64,000 nt of DNA from an uncultured Chloroflexia bacterium (GTDB lineage Bacteria; Chloroflexota; Anaerolineae; CG2-30-64-16): assembly GCA_963774265.1 (NCBI GenBank), contig CAVZDU010000005.1, positions 1-64,000 on the forward strand. The letters run 5' to 3'. This document shows, one piece after another, positions 9,813-21,145 of this stretch; the stretch's first letter is position 1; every line of letters begins with the position of its first letter. The notes beneath the pieces are model-generated. The model had not been told where the DNA came from and did no database searches. It was given only the letters and a program-made list of their open reading frames with translations. Position numbers and translations under genes: made by a program.

Positions 9813-11678
9813 TTGGCGTTGAGCCGCGAGCTGGGCGATGCACCGGCCGAGCTGCGTGCCCTGCTGGGGGTTGGTAAGCGGGACAGTGGCGCGCACACTT
9901 ACCTTACAGATGCTCTGGCGCTGGCGCGCTCGTTGGGTGACCGTCCGGGCGAGGCTGAGGCCGCGCTTGGACTGGTTGCAGCCGCGAGCAGTGAAGAGGA
10001 ACGCGGCTCGGCGCTCAGGTCCATGCCCCTCGCCCTGGTCGTCAGCCGAGAACGCGGCGACAGTCGCGGCGAACTGGTTGCCCTGATGGCGATGGCAGAG
10101 GAACAGGCCGCTGCCGGCGATGCACCGGGGGCGATTGCAGATTATCGCAGTGCGCTGGCCCTGGCGAACAAACTCACCGATCGAATGGCAGAGGTGCGAA
10201 TCCGAGCGGGGCTTGCCGCGCTATACGTGTCCATCGGCGATATCTCCAATGCGATCGAGCAGGACCGCTGGGCGCTTGTTCTGGCGCGGCAGTTTGGCGA
10301 CCGGTCTCAGGAGCTGGCGCTCCTCCGCCGACTGGGCGATGCGGAAGCCGGACTGGACGAGAACACCGAGGCCGCGCGCCACTACGACCAGGCCTTGTCG
10401 CTCGCGCGTGAGTTGAGCGACGAACAGAGTGAGATGGCCGTGCTGCTCGGCCTTGCGCCGGTGGTCACGCGCCTGGGCCAGCCGCGTCGCGCCGCCGATT
10501 GCTACCGCAATGCGTTGACGCTCAGCCGCGCTACCCATGATCCGGCCGTTGAGGTGAAGATCCTTCTGGCGCAAGGCGATGCGTGGCTGGCCGCGGGTGA
10601 GGCGAACGCCGCGATCGAGGGCTACCGCGCGGCCCTGCAGGTCCAGCGCGAAATGGGCGACGGTGCAGGCGAGGCGAACGTCCTGCGCCTGCTTGCCGCG
10701 GCTTGCGCCTCATCCGGCAAGGGTGAGGAAGCCGCGGCAAGCTACGAAGCCGCCGCCTCGCTCCTGAAGACGCTCGGCGATGATGTGGCCAGGATGGATG
10801 TCCTGCAGCGGCTGGGAGATGTTTACGCCGGACTGTCGCAGGTCCAGGACGCCATCCACTGCTACAACGAGGCGTTAGCAGCAGCCGTGGCCCAGGGTGA
10901 CCCCGCGACCGAAGCCGATGTTGCGGGCAAGCTCGGGATGGTCTACGCAAGCGCCGGCGACGCGCAGCAGGCAATCGCCTTCGGTGAACGTGCGATGGTG
11001 GCTGCACGCTCGGCCGTTTCGTGGCCGAACCGGGCGCCGGTGCTGCGCACCTTGGGCGATGCTTATACCGACTCAGGCGACCATGCCCAGGCGATGGTGT
11101 GCTACCGCCAGGCGCTGTTCCTGAGCCGGGCGGTGGGCGACCGGCGCACGGAAGCGGGGCTACTCAACAGCCTGGGCAACGCCTCCGCGCATCTCGGCAT
11201 GCCCAAGGATGCCATCGACTTCTATCACAAGGCGCTTGCCGCCAGCCGGGAGACCCGCGATCGACCGCTGGAGGGCAACGTGCTCGACGACCTCGGCAAC
11301 GCGTACGCCGACGTCAACAACATGCAGGCTGCGACCGAGAACTACCGCCAGGCGCTGGCCATCAGCCGCGCGCTGGGCGAACGCCGCAAAGAGGCAAATC
11401 GCCTTGCCAATCTTGGCCTGGCCCTGATGGAGCTGGAGGACACCCGCCGCACGATCGACCACTACAGCCAGGCCGTCGAGATCTTTGGTGAGCTGGGCGA
11501 CCACGCCAGCCGTGCGCGGCATTCCTGGATGCTCGGCATGTTGCTGCAGCGCACCGGCCAGCTCGCCCGCGCCGCAGAAGTCATGCAGGTCGCGGTGGAA
11601 TACGAGCAGGATACCGGTGCGCCTGATGCGGAAGAGCACGCCGCCCAGGTGGAGCGGCTGCGCCTGACGGTGGCGTAA
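9798..11678 (+). CDS. Tetratricopeptide repeat protein (TPR_12-type), 5' truncated
   Basis: Many ~40-aa repeats such as YRQALAISRALGERRKEANRLANLG. Confidence 0.9.
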   Translation, partial: HYRAALALSRELGDAPAELRALLGVGKRDSGAHTYLTDALALARSLGDRPGEAEAALGLVAAASSEEERGSALRSMPLALVVSRERGDSRGELVALMAMAEEQAAAGDAPGAIADYRSALALANKLTDRMAEVRIRAGLAALYVSIGDISNAIEQDRWALVLARQFGDRSQELALLRRLGDAEAGLDENTEAARHYDQALSLARELSDEQSEMAVLLGLAPVVTRLGQPRRAADCYRNALTLSRATHDPAVEVKILLAQGDAWLAAGEANAAIEGYRAALQVQREMGDGAGEANVLRLLAAACASSGKGEEAAASYEAAASLLKTLGDDVARMDVLQRLGDVYAGLSQVQDAIHCYNEALAAAVAQGDPATEADVAGKLGMVYASAGDAQQAIAFGERAMVAARSAVSWPNRAPVLRTLGDAYTDSGDHAQAMVCYRQALFLSRAVGDRRTEAGLLNSLGNASAHLGMPKDAIDFYHKALAASRETRDRPLEGNVLDDLGNAYADVNNMQAATENYRQALAISRALGERRKEANRLANLGLALMELEDTRRTIDHYSQAVEIFGELGDHASRARHSWMLGMLLQRTGQLARAAEVMQVAVEYEQDTGAPDAEEHAAQVERLRLTVA

Positions 11679-11679
11679 G

Positions 11680-13566
11680 TAGCGGATCCCTGACTGCGTC
11701 GCGCGTTCCAGCATCATCTGGATGCGCGGCGCCATCTTCGCTGGGTTCGGGTGTAGGCCCTCCAAAAGCAACAGGTTGTCGAAGAGCAATTCAATCGCGG
11801 GATCGATCAACGAAGCGGCCGGCTCGGTCGTAATCCGCGCAGCCAGGTTGCGCATCAGCGGATGCCGCCGGTTCAGCTCCATAATCTTGGGCGGCGCCTG
11901 ATAATCCTGCTCGACCAGCCGCCGCACGCGCTGCATGTCGCGCTCGAACCCCGCATTGGTTGATACGAGTCGCGCCGGGCTGCCGGTGAGCAATTGCGAC
12001 TCGCGGACCTCGGTCACCCGGTCGCCCAGCACCGTCTTGAAGCGCGCCACGACCTCCGCCCATTCGGCGTCGGCGACGGGTGCGGCTTCCTCCGTTTTTT
12101 CCTGCACCTCGCCCGGCAGCGCCAGGCCCGGATCGTCCACGTTTCGGAACACTTTGCCCTGGAACTCGTGAACGCTCTGCATCATGAACCCGTCGAAGGG
12201 ATCGCTCAACAGCAGGACCTCGATGCCGCGCGCCTTGAAGGGGTCCAGGTGTGGGCTGGTCGCCACCGAGACGGGGTCACTGCCCAGCAGATAGTAAATG
12301 TCGGTCTGTCCCTCAACCATCCGGCCGATGGTCTCGTTGAGTGAAACGGCCTTCCCCTCGGAGCGCGTCGACACAAAGCGCAGCAGCCCGAGCAACTCTT
12401 CTCGGTCCGCCGCACCGGACGCTACGCCCTGCTTGATGAACACGCCCATCTCCTTCCAGAAGGTGGCGTACTCTTCGGGCTTCTCCTCCGCCAACTCGGC
12501 CAGCACCTTGAACGACACGGCCCGCCAGCACCTTCTGCATCGCGCGCAGCACCCGGTTGCTCTGCACCGTCTCGCGCGACACGTTCAGCGGGATGTCCTC
12601 CGAGTCGACCACGCCCTCGACGAAGCGCAGGTGCTCGGGCAGCAGCTCCTTGTTGAACTCCTGGATCAACACCTTCCGCGAATACAGACGCAGCCCATAG
12701 TCCGAACGCAGGCTCAAGGCTCCGCGGTCCATTCTGCGAGGCACGTACAGGACGCTGCGGATTTCCACCGGCGCGTCGGTGACGATGTGCGTGTGGAGCA
12801 GCGGCGGCTCAGGGTCGAGCGTCAGTTGGCGGTAGAACTCGTCGTACTCTTCCGGCTTGACCTCGCTCATCGGCTTGCGCCACAAAGCGGTCTGCCGGTT
12901 TGCGACTTCCCCTCTGACATACACGGGGAAGGAAACGTAGTCGGAATGTTTCTTGACGATGCTTTCCAGTCTCCAGGGGGCTGTAAACTCCTTCGCGTCC
13001 TCCTTTAACCTGACCAGGATCTCCGTGCCTCGCGATGCTTTCTCGGCCGGCGTCAGCGTGAAGCGGCTGTCTCCCGTTGACCTCCAGCTCCACGCCTCGG
13101 AGCCGGGCCGGCAAGACCGGGAAGTCACCACTACTTCGTCCGCAACCATAAACACAGAGTGGAACCCCACGCCAAACTGGCCGATGATGTCCACCGGCTT
13201 CTGACCCTCGCCGATCTTCTGCAGGAACACCATCGCGCCGGAGTGTGCGATGGTTCCCAGATTCTCGATCAGCTCTTCGCGCGTCATGCCGATGCCCGTG
13301 TCGGTGATCGTCAGCGTGCGCGCCTCCTCGTCCGACTCGATGCGGACTGCCAGCTCCACATCGGGATCCACGACGTCGCGGTTGGTCAGCAGCTCGAATT
13401 GGATCCGATGCAACGCATCCGATGCGTTGGAGATGAGTTCGCGCAGGAAAATCTCGCGTTCGGTGTACAGGGAGTGCGCCAGGATGTTGAGCAGTTGCTG
13501 AACTTCCGCGCGAAACTCCAGGGTTTCAGGGACCTGTGTTTGGGCCGCCTGGTTTTCATCTGTCAT
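11680..13566 (-). CDS. htpG: Chaperone HtpG (Hsp90), frameshift at ~12518; exact 3' end uncertain
   Basis: [58 protein letters not shown]. Confidence 0.95.
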
Positions 13567-13679
13567 AACTTTGCCTCCTTGCTCGTGTTGCGCGAAGATA
13601 GGTTTACCCTACAGTGTTAGTTTGATGCAAATGCGACATTAGAGATGCGTTAGAAAACGGCGCACCGATGGGAGAGCGG

Positions 13680-14906
13680 ATGTCAGAGCAATCTATCTTC
13701 ACGCTGGCCGTGCATGCCGGCGAGCATTCGACCATCACCACGCCCTTGAGCGGCCCCGATGCCGGTCGCAGCTACAAGCCGGTCGTCACCCCGGTTCATC
13801 ACAGCGTGGGATACACCTATGAGGACACGGAAGATTTGGATGCGGTGTTTGCGGGAGCATCAGAGAACCCCGTGTACACCCGCTACGGCAACCCGACCGT
13901 CAACGCGTTTGAGGCCGCGGTCGCCGCGTTGGAAGGCGGCGCGGCTGCGCTGGCGTATAGTTCCGGCATGGCCGCGCTGCATGGCGCGCTCCTGGCTGCG
14001 GGTGTGCGCGCGGGCGCAGCTGTCGTCGCCGCACACGACGTCTACGGGGCAACCTACACCCTGCTCAACCGGCTGCTCACCAGCCAGGGCGTGACCGTCC
14101 GTTTCGTCGATGTGGCCGACCTGCACGCGGTCTCCCTGGCCCTGCAGGAGCTGAAGCCCGTGACGCTTTTGGCAGAAACGGTCTCGAATCCCCTGCTCAA
14201 AGTGGCTGACTTGTCTGCGCTCGCGCAGCTCAGCCATGCGGCCGGCGCGGCGTTCATTGTAGACAACACGTTCGCATCGCCGGTGCTTTGTCGCCCGCTC
14301 TCATTGGGCGCGGATTACGTGGTTCACAGCGCCACCAAATACCTGGGTGGCCACGGCGATGTCCTCGGCGGCATCGTGGCAGTCGGCAGGCCCGAGATGC
14401 GGCGTTCGCTCAACGAGATCAACAAGCTGTTGGGCGCAAACCTGGCCCCCCAGGAAGCCTGGCTCGCCCACCGCGGCCTGAAGACCCTGCCTTTGCGCGT
14501 AGAGCGCCAGTGCCATAACGCGGCGATCGTCGCCCAATGGCTGAGCGGGCGGCCGGAGGTAGCGAGGGTCAATTACCCGGGCCTGCCATCACACGAGCAG
14601 CATGCTCTCGCATCCGCTTTTTGGCGGCGATCTTTTCGGCGCGATGATCAGCTTCGACGTGGCCGATGCCGGCCCGCTGGGGTGTTCCGCTTCATGGATG
14701 CTCTCCGCCTGATCCAACCGGCCACGACGCTTGGCGACGTCTACACGTTGATGCTGTATCCCGCCATGTCATCCCATCGGGCGCTCGATCCCGAAACCCG
14801 GCGCCGCATCGGCATTGGTGACGGCCTCGTGCGCCTCTCCGTTGGCGTCGAGGACCCTGGGGACATCATCGTCGATCTGGAGCAGGCCCTGCATACCGTT
14901 GCATAG
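13680..14906 (+). CDS. Cys/Met metabolism PLP-dependent enzyme (cystathionine gamma-synthase/lyase or methionine gamma-lyase family)
   Basis: YTRYGNPT, SSGMAA, VDNTFASP, HSATKYLGGHGD (PLP Lys), LVRLSVGVED. Confidence 0.9.
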   Translation: MSEQSIFTLAVHAGEHSTITTPLSGPDAGRSYKPVVTPVHHSVGYTYEDTEDLDAVFAGASENPVYTRYGNPTVNAFEAAVAALEGGAAALAYSSGMAALHGALLAAGVRAGAAVVAAHDVYGATYTLLNRLLTSQGVTVRFVDVADLHAVSLALQELKPVTLLAETVSNPLLKVADLSALAQLSHAAGAAFIVDNTFASPVLCRPLSLGADYVVHSATKYLGGHGDVLGGIVAVGRPEMRRSLNEINKLLGANLAPQEAWLAHRGLKTLPLRVERQCHNAAIVAQWLSGRPEVARVNYPGLPSHEQHALASAFWRRSFRRDDQLRRGRCRPAGVFRFMDALRLIQPATTLGDVYTLMLYPAMSSHRALDPETRRRIGIGDGLVRLSVGVEDPGDIIVDLEQALHTVA

Positions 14907-15085
14907 ATACAATGGTGCAGTCCTGCAGAGGAATTTGAAGGCAAGTTGTGCCCGAAACTATGCTTGCGGGGCGAAGTGAAACCCGACGGTATTGTTGTCT
15001 CGCCCAATTCACGGTATAATAATGCCCTGATCAGCCAAAGGATATCAATCGCCCGCACCGTGTGGGCGAGGAGTGACCCGGTGCT

Positions 15086-15775
15086 ATGCGGATCCTGATT
15101 GTTGACGATGACCGCCCCAGCCTGAAGATGACTGCGTTCTTGCTGCGAGAGGAAGGATACACGGTATTTACTGCAGACAACGGGCAGGAAGCCTTGCGCC
15201 AAATCGACGAGAAGACCCCGGATCTGCTCATTCTGGACGTAATGATGCCCGGCATGGATGGGTGGGAAGTCACCCGCCATCTGCGGCGCACGACGACCCT
15301 CCCGATCCTGATCCTCTCCGCTAAGGGCGAAACCAGCGACCGGGTATTCGGCCTGGACCTGGGCGCCGATGATTATCTGGCCAAGCCATTCGAGCCGTCG
15401 GAGCTGCTTGCGCGCGTGCGCGCAGTCCTGCGTCGCGCGGAGGCCTTCACTTTCGGTGAGCCACCAACGCAGCTCTCAGTTGAGGGATTCCGCCTGGATC
15501 CGTTGAATAGCACCGTGACCACGCCCGGCGGCCGCACACTGGAGCTGACACCCATCGAGTTCCGTCTGCTGCACTACCTGATGCGCAATAATGGCCGGGT
15601 GCTGACGCACGAGCAACTGCTCAGCACGGTTTGGGGATATGACAACGAGGGGTATTCCAATCAGGTGGCCGTGTATGTGCGACGGCTGCGCTCCAAGCTG
15701 GAGCCCAACCCAGACGATCCCCACCACATCGTGACCGTGCGCGGCCTGGGCTACAAATTCGAAGTCGGTGGTTGA
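15086..15775 (+). CDS. OmpR/PhoB family response regulator
   Basis: ILIVDDD, LDVMMPGMDG, GADDYLAKPF, wHTH TVRGLGYKF. Confidence 0.95.
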   Translation: MRILIVDDDRPSLKMTAFLLREEGYTVFTADNGQEALRQIDEKTPDLLILDVMMPGMDGWEVTRHLRRTTTLPILILSAKGETSDRVFGLDLGADDYLAKPFEPSELLARVRAVLRRAEAFTFGEPPTQLSVEGFRLDPLNSTVTTPGGRTLELTPIEFRLLHYLMRNNGRVLTHEQLLSTVWGYDNEGYSNQVAVYVRRLRSKLEPNPDDPHHIVTVRGLGYKFEVGG

Positions 15776-15829
15776 TGGCGCGCCGGCGCTCATAATCCGG
15801 CGCTGGTATCTCCGGAGGTAATAGTAAGC

Positions 15830-18800
15830 ATGTTCCCCGTTTCAAAAGCTGTTTTTTCTGCGTGTGACGGCGCGCACGAGGTGCGCAGCGATGATGGCTG
15901 CACGCCGGTCACCGCGCTATGCTCGTTCTACGGCCCTCCCCGGTTGGCCGTCTGGACCATCCCCTTGCTTGCCCTGGTGCTGTGCCTGGCCTTGCCGGGT
16001 GCCGGTTGGGCGGCAATGCCGATCGACGAGCCCCCGGTGGGATCGCAAAGCGCGCCGCGTGCCATCCAGGCAGTGACGTGGAGCGGTTTCACGCCGACAG
16101 GTTGGGTGGCGGCGCCCTTTATGAGTACGATCACGGCAAGCTCGCCCGCTGGGCTCGAATCCGGCGATGCCTATCAGGTGAGCCAGGACGGCGGCGCCAC
16201 CTGGTCGGTGTGGTCGACCAGCGGACTCAGCACGAGCATTCCCGTCTCTTCCACGCACAACATTTCGGTGACCGGCCTGACTTTTCCAGATTCCGCAACC
16301 CAGAATCTGATTCGTTTTCGCACCTATGAAACCGGCAATATCGAGGCTCTCAGTCCCAGCTACATCGTGAAAGTGGATACGACACTGCCCGCGAGCACGG
16401 CAACCTGGACTCCACCGCTACCGGCCTCCGGCTGGTACACGACAAGCGTCACCTTCAGCTTTGCAGCCACCGACTTGCCTGAGGACCTGAGCTTTCCGCC
16501 ACTCGTCTACACATCGCTCAACGGAGGCGTCTGGAAGCCCTTTACCCAGCTGGTCGTGGCAACTGAAGGCTCACAAAGCCTGCGATACCAGGCCCGCGAC
16601 AAGGCCGGCAACATGGAGTCTATCACGACGATCGCCTTCGGCATCGACAAGACCCCCCCAACGGTCTCCCTGGCTGCGGACCGTTTGCCAAACGCCAGTG
16701 GCTGGTATACGGCCAGCGTCACCCACACACTGAGCCTGTCGGACTCTGTGTCCGGCGAGCCGGTGGGCTACTACCGCTTGAATGACGGTGACTGGCAGAC
16801 GGGAACAGGCTTCACGCTGGCGACCGATGGGAACTATCAGGTCGAAGCCTATGGACAGGATAAAGCGGGCAACCGCTCCGCAATTGTCACTAAAGCAGTG
16901 CATGTCGACGCCACTGCGCCAGTGACCGCTTGGGCGATTGATGGAACGCTCGGCGACAATGACTGGTACGTCTCTGACGTGACCGTCCGGTTGCTGCCCG
17001 CGGATAACGTCTCGGGCGTGGCCCAGACGCAGTATCGGATCAACGAGACCGGCTGGAAGACGGGCCTGCAGTTTTTGATGGCAGATGACGGCATCTACAA
17101 TGTGTCCTACGCCTCCGTGGACACAGCAGGCAATGCCGAGCTGCCTGTCACCCGGCAGGTCAAGATCGACACCACCGCGCCGGGTGCTCCGACCGCGATC
17201 CAGGCCTCGCCGGCCGTCTGGACTCGCACCAATGCCTTTGATGTGACCTGGACCCCACCAGGTGACCTGAGCGGTGTTGCCGGCGCATATTACAAGCTTG
17301 GCGCCGCGCCCACCGGGCCTCGCGATGGCGTCTTCATCTCAGGGACCGCCGGGATCGAGAATCTCGCCGTACCGGCTGAAGGCGTCTACCGGTTGTATCT
17401 GTGGTCCCGCGATAAGGCCGGCAACGTCGATCACACCACCGCTTCTGCTCAAGGCCCGCTCCTGCGGTACGATGCAACCGCGCCGACCACCGTCATCCAG
17501 GTGGATGGCAATGTGGGCTCGAACGGTTGGTATCGTTCACCTGTGGATGTCACACTGTCTGCGGCAGATAGTGCATCGGGTATCTCGGCGCTGCGCTACC
17601 GCGTCAACGGGGGTGAGTGGCAATTGACTTCGAATGCCACGGTCAGCCTCGCGTTTTCGGAGGCCGGCAATCACCTTGTAGAGTGTTACGCCCAGGACGT
17701 GGCAGGCAACGTGGAGGCGGTGAAGACGAGCGCTTTGAACCTGGACTTCACCGCACCTGTGCCCCTTCGGGTGAACGTGCTGCCCGAGCTCGGGAGCGCC
17801 ATCAACAGTTTCCGGCTGGAATGGCCCCCGGTTGAGGATCTCTCCGGGGTCGCGGGCGCTTACGTGCGATTTGGCTCGCCGCCATCCGGCCCGACCGATG
17901 GAACCTACTACGCGGGCGTCGATGCGGTGGAAGGCGTGGAGGTCCCGGGTGAGGGCCGGCACACAGCTTACGTCTGGTTGGTTGATGCTGCGGGCAACCT
18001 GGACCCCCTGAGGGCAGTTGTCTTGCGCGATGCACTGCGTTACGATACCCATCCCCCCGCCACCGTGGTCACGCCTACCGCTGCTTTAGGGCTGAACGGC
18101 TGGTATGTGGAACCGGTGACGTTTGCCATGTTTGCCACCGACGCGACGTCCGGTGTGCGGGAAGTCCTTCACGAAGTTGACGATGGAGGTTGGGTTTCGA
18201 GCGGGACGTTCATCTACGGCGAGGATGGTTACCACACGATCAGCATCAAGGCGATCGACAACGCCGGCAACGAGGAAATCCCCCGCGGTTACCCTGTGGC
18301 AATCGATCACACGCCGCCGCAGGCGTTCTTCACAGGGCCTGGCAGCACCCAATCTGACACGAGTTTCGAAGTCACCTGGTCCGGCGCGGATAGTGCGAAC
18401 GGCTCAGGGCTCGCGAGCTACGACGTTGAGGTGCGCGACGGCTATGATGCCGGCTGGGAGGCGTGGCTGCAGGAGACACAGCTGACATCCACCCAGTTCA
18501 ATGGGCAGCGGGGCCACACCCATTTCTTCCGGGTCTTTGCCCGGGATCGTGCTGGCAACCGGCAGTTGGTGGGAGGAACCACGCGTGTCCTGGTCCAGCC
18601 TGTTCTGAACGGCGGATTCGACAATGTTTTCGGGGATTGGACCACGGGCGGCCAGCTGCCAGAGGCCGTCGGGTGGACCCCTGGTCCTGATGGTGAGCCA
18701 ATCCAGGCCGCGCACCTTGGCTCAGAAGACTACTACGGTCCACAGTTCGAGGATCCTGGCTCGATACCGCAGGACAGCTCGACGATCAGCCAGGTGATCA

Positions 18801-19306
18801 CCATTCCTCCGCGCAGCCAGGTGCAGTGGCCTGCTTTGACTTTCTGGTACAGGGTCCAGACGTATGATGTCATGTACAGCCAGACACGTCAAAGGGACGG
18901 CGATACATTTGACGTGAAACTGTGCGCGGTTGGCACGCTCTGCACGGGCCCGTACGCTGGCAAGGAGACGAAGCTGCTGCTGCGCGACGGCAACCCGATG
19001 AACGGCTCCGTGTGGTGGGATTTGTACAAGGGCGCTCCACCCCTGTACGACACGGGATGGAAGGCCGCGCAGATCGATCTCAGGCAGTATGCGGGCCAGA
19101 CGCTGCAGTTCGTGTTTGCCAACGAGAACCGCATCGACAATAAGTACAACACCTGGAGCTACGTCGCCGAAATTCGGATCGTCGATCTCCGGCGCACCTT
19201 CGCGCCTCTTATCTCTGTGCCAGGTGTTCGCGCCGCCGCGGCGGCCATTGAGCCGCCTCAAGAGGCCGGGCCCCTGACCGTCGAGAGCGAAGAATCGGTC
19301 CGGTGA
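15830..19306 (+). CDS. Large secreted Ig-like repeat surface protein with FN3-like and carbohydrate-binding-like C-terminal domains
   Basis: Signal peptide; repeats G.nGWY.S.V.V.L...D..SGV...D.AGN.E; C-terminal TFAPLI motif; true start probably further downstream. Confidence 0.8.
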   Translation: MFPVSKAVFSACDGAHEVRSDDGCTPVTALCSFYGPPRLAVWTIPLLALVLCLALPGAGWAAMPIDEPPVGSQSAPRAIQAVTWSGFTPTGWVAAPFMSTITASSPAGLESGDAYQVSQDGGATWSVWSTSGLSTSIPVSSTHNISVTGLTFPDSATQNLIRFRTYETGNIEALSPSYIVKVDTTLPASTATWTPPLPASGWYTTSVTFSFAATDLPEDLSFPPLVYTSLNGGVWKPFTQLVVATEGSQSLRYQARDKAGNMESITTIAFGIDKTPPTVSLAADRLPNASGWYTASVTHTLSLSDSVSGEPVGYYRLNDGDWQTGTGFTLATDGNYQVEAYGQDKAGNRSAIVTKAVHVDATAPVTAWAIDGTLGDNDWYVSDVTVRLLPADNVSGVAQTQYRINETGWKTGLQFLMADDGIYNVSYASVDTAGNAELPVTRQVKIDTTAPGAPTAIQASPAVWTRTNAFDVTWTPPGDLSGVAGAYYKLGAAPTGPRDGVFISGTAGIENLAVPAEGVYRLYLWSRDKAGNVDHTTASAQGPLLRYDATAPTTVIQVDGNVGSNGWYRSPVDVTLSAADSASGISALRYRVNGGEWQLTSNATVSLAFSEAGNHLVECYAQDVAGNVEAVKTSALNLDFTAPVPLRVNVLPELGSAINSFRLEWPPVEDLSGVAGAYVRFGSPPSGPTDGTYYAGVDAVEGVEVPGEGRHTAYVWLVDAAGNLDPLRAVVLRDALRYDTHPPATVVTPTAALGLNGWYVEPVTFAMFATDATSGVREVLHEVDDGGWVSSGTFIYGEDGYHTISIKAIDNAGNEEIPRGYPVAIDHTPPQAFFTGPGSTQSDTSFEVTWSGADSANGSGLASYDVEVRDGYDAGWEAWLQETQLTSTQFNGQRGHTHFFRVFARDRAGNRQLVGGTTRVLVQPVLNGGFDNVFGDWTTGGQLPEAVGWTPGPDGEPIQAAHLGSEDYYGPQFEDPGSIPQDSSTISQVITIPPRSQVQWPALTFWYRVQTYDVMYSQTRQRDGDTFDVKLCAVGTLCTGPYAGKETKLLLRDGNPMNGSVWWDLYKGAPPLYDTGWKAAQIDLRQYAGQTLQFVFANENRIDNKYNTWSYVAEIRIVDLRRTFAPLISVPGVRAAAAAIEPPQEAGPLTVESEESVR

Positions 19307-21138
19307 AGCAGGGTGTCCTTCCAGGAGTTGGAGTGTTGGACAATCAAGTGATGGGACCCGCGGGGCAGGACGCAAAAGAAACGCAGGTTCCCGGGCTTTC
19401 CGGGGCAGGCGCGGCGAACGGCAGTGCGCCTGCTCGCCCGCGTGACGGCAGCATCAACGCCGTCCGCGGCCCACGCGCCGCCACCTTGCCGCCGCCTAAT
19501 CCCGTCGAAGCGTGGTATTACGAAGGCATGGCCGCGTACCAGCATCGTCATTGGGACGAGGCTCTTGAATGCTTCACGCGGCTCAAAGAACTCCAACCTA
19601 CGCGCCCGGGCCTGGACGCGCTTCTTGACGAGGTCAGCTGGTTCCTGCAGCTCCAGGCCGCGGCGCCGGCGTTCGATGGACAGGAGATGCCTGCCCCCGG
19701 CCGCAGCGTGAGAAGCTGGTGGCGCAGGCTGGCGCCCTTGCGTATAGCGCTGCTGGTCATCCTGGCGGTGTTCGGTGTTGCCAGCCTGTTGTTCGTCGCG
19801 TTTGAGGGCCGGCTTCCCTGGCAGAACGAGGCCAACAAGCAGGAGATCGAAACACTATTCGTCCAGGCGGAGGAGCGCAAGGCCGCTGGCGATTTCGACG
19901 GCTCGGAGATGGTGTTCGAGAAGATACTGCTCCTCTCGCCCGATTCGGCCCAGGCGAAGCATGGGATCGAGGATGTGCAGCGCGAACGGGAGCTGGCACA
20001 GCGGTACGCGGCGGCCAGCGCAGCCATTGCGGAAGAGTCCTGGGAACGCGCCAGGATCGAGCTGGAGGAGATCCTGGACACAGATCCCGGTTACAAAGAC
20101 GCACGTTCGCTGGCCGGCTTTGTCGCGCAGCGCCAGACACTGGACGGGCTCTATGAGGACGGCAACCGGCTGTATGGCGAGAGCAAGTGGGAGGAAGCCC
20201 TCGCGAAATTTGAGAAGATGCGCGAGATAGATGCCCGTTATCTCGAAGAGACTGTCTCTGACCGCCTGATCGCCTGCTATATCTTGGCCGGCCAGGACCT
20301 GATCGCCACGCGCGGCACGGACCTGGGCGCGGTGGAGCGGGCCGCGGGCTACTTCGACCGGGCCCTTGACCTGCAACCGGGCCATCTCGTGGCCTTCGAC
20401 ATGAGCCAGCGCAGCACGCTCTACCTGGCCGCCATGCGGGCCGCGGCCGGTGGTGAGGTGGAGCGTGCGCAGTCTCAGTTGAGCCTGTTGTTGACTCTGG
20501 ATCGTTCCTATGCGGGCGGGGAGGCGATGCGCCTGCTGTACAAGCTGTCGGTATCCCAGGGCCAGAAGGCGCTCGCGGGCGGCAATATTCCGGCCGCGCT
20601 GGCAATTTTCGAACAGGCGCAGGGCCTGCCGGTGAAAGACACCAGTGCTGCGCGAAACGGTTACCAGCTTGCGAGTGTCGCCGCGGCCACGCCTACCGCC
20701 ACCGCGGCGTTATCGCAGACGGTGGAGCCATCGCCGACGCCCGAGCCGGCGAGCCTTCCCGCCGTCGTCCCCGCGACGCCCCGGCCACCTGCCGCCGTGC
20801 GCGCCAGGCCGACCAATACACCTGTCCTGGTAAAATGCATTCACGGACGGTTGTACGATGCGGCCGGCGCCGTGTCGCTTCGGGAGTGGACCGTCACGCT
20901 GGCCCGTGCGACGGGCGCCGCGACCACAACCATCTCCGACGGTGCGGGGCAGTACCGGTTCGACAACCTTGCGCCCGGCGTGTACAAGGTCTGGGTCACC
21001 CTCCCCCCAGGCTGGCGCGCCCTCAGCCCGCAGCCGGCCTCGATCGAAGTGGCGCCGGCCGCGGCGTGTGTATCTGCAGATTTCTGGAGCGTGAGGGAAC
21101 GAGAGGACCGCGCGGCTCTGCCCACGCCCCCGCGATGA
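19303..21138 (+). CDS. Membrane-anchored TPR protein with Pro/Thr linker and C-terminal SdrD-B/carboxypeptidase-regulatory-like domain
   Basis: TM segment IALLVILAVFGVASLLFV; TPR helices; GQYRFDNLAPGVYKV. Confidence 0.75.
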   Translation: MKQGVLPGVGVLDNQVMGPAGQDAKETQVPGLSGAGAANGSAPARPRDGSINAVRGPRAATLPPPNPVEAWYYEGMAAYQHRHWDEALECFTRLKELQPTRPGLDALLDEVSWFLQLQAAAPAFDGQEMPAPGRSVRSWWRRLAPLRIALLVILAVFGVASLLFVAFEGRLPWQNEANKQEIETLFVQAEERKAAGDFDGSEMVFEKILLLSPDSAQAKHGIEDVQRERELAQRYAAASAAIAEESWERARIELEEILDTDPGYKDARSLAGFVAQRQTLDGLYEDGNRLYGESKWEEALAKFEKMREIDARYLEETVSDRLIACYILAGQDLIATRGTDLGAVERAAGYFDRALDLQPGHLVAFDMSQRSTLYLAAMRAAAGGEVERAQSQLSLLLTLDRSYAGGEAMRLLYKLSVSQGQKALAGGNIPAALAIFEQAQGLPVKDTSAARNGYQLASVAAATPTATAALSQTVEPSPTPEPASLPAVVPATPRPPAAVRARPTNTPVLVKCIHGRLYDAAGAVSLREWTVTLARATGAATTTISDGAGQYRFDNLAPGVYKVWVTLPPGWRALSPQPASIEVAPAAACVSADFWSVREREDRAALPTPPR

Positions 21139-21145
21139 TGTCCCG

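Noticed and set aside
11160-11680. Long C-terminal extension of HtpG overlapping the TPR gene
   Set aside because: The extension is the antisense reading of the TPR gene; more likely a lost stop codon or indel
14610-14690. Odd Arg-rich segment in the PLP lyase
   Set aside because: Compensating frameshifts; an alternate frame gives the expected FGAMISFDV
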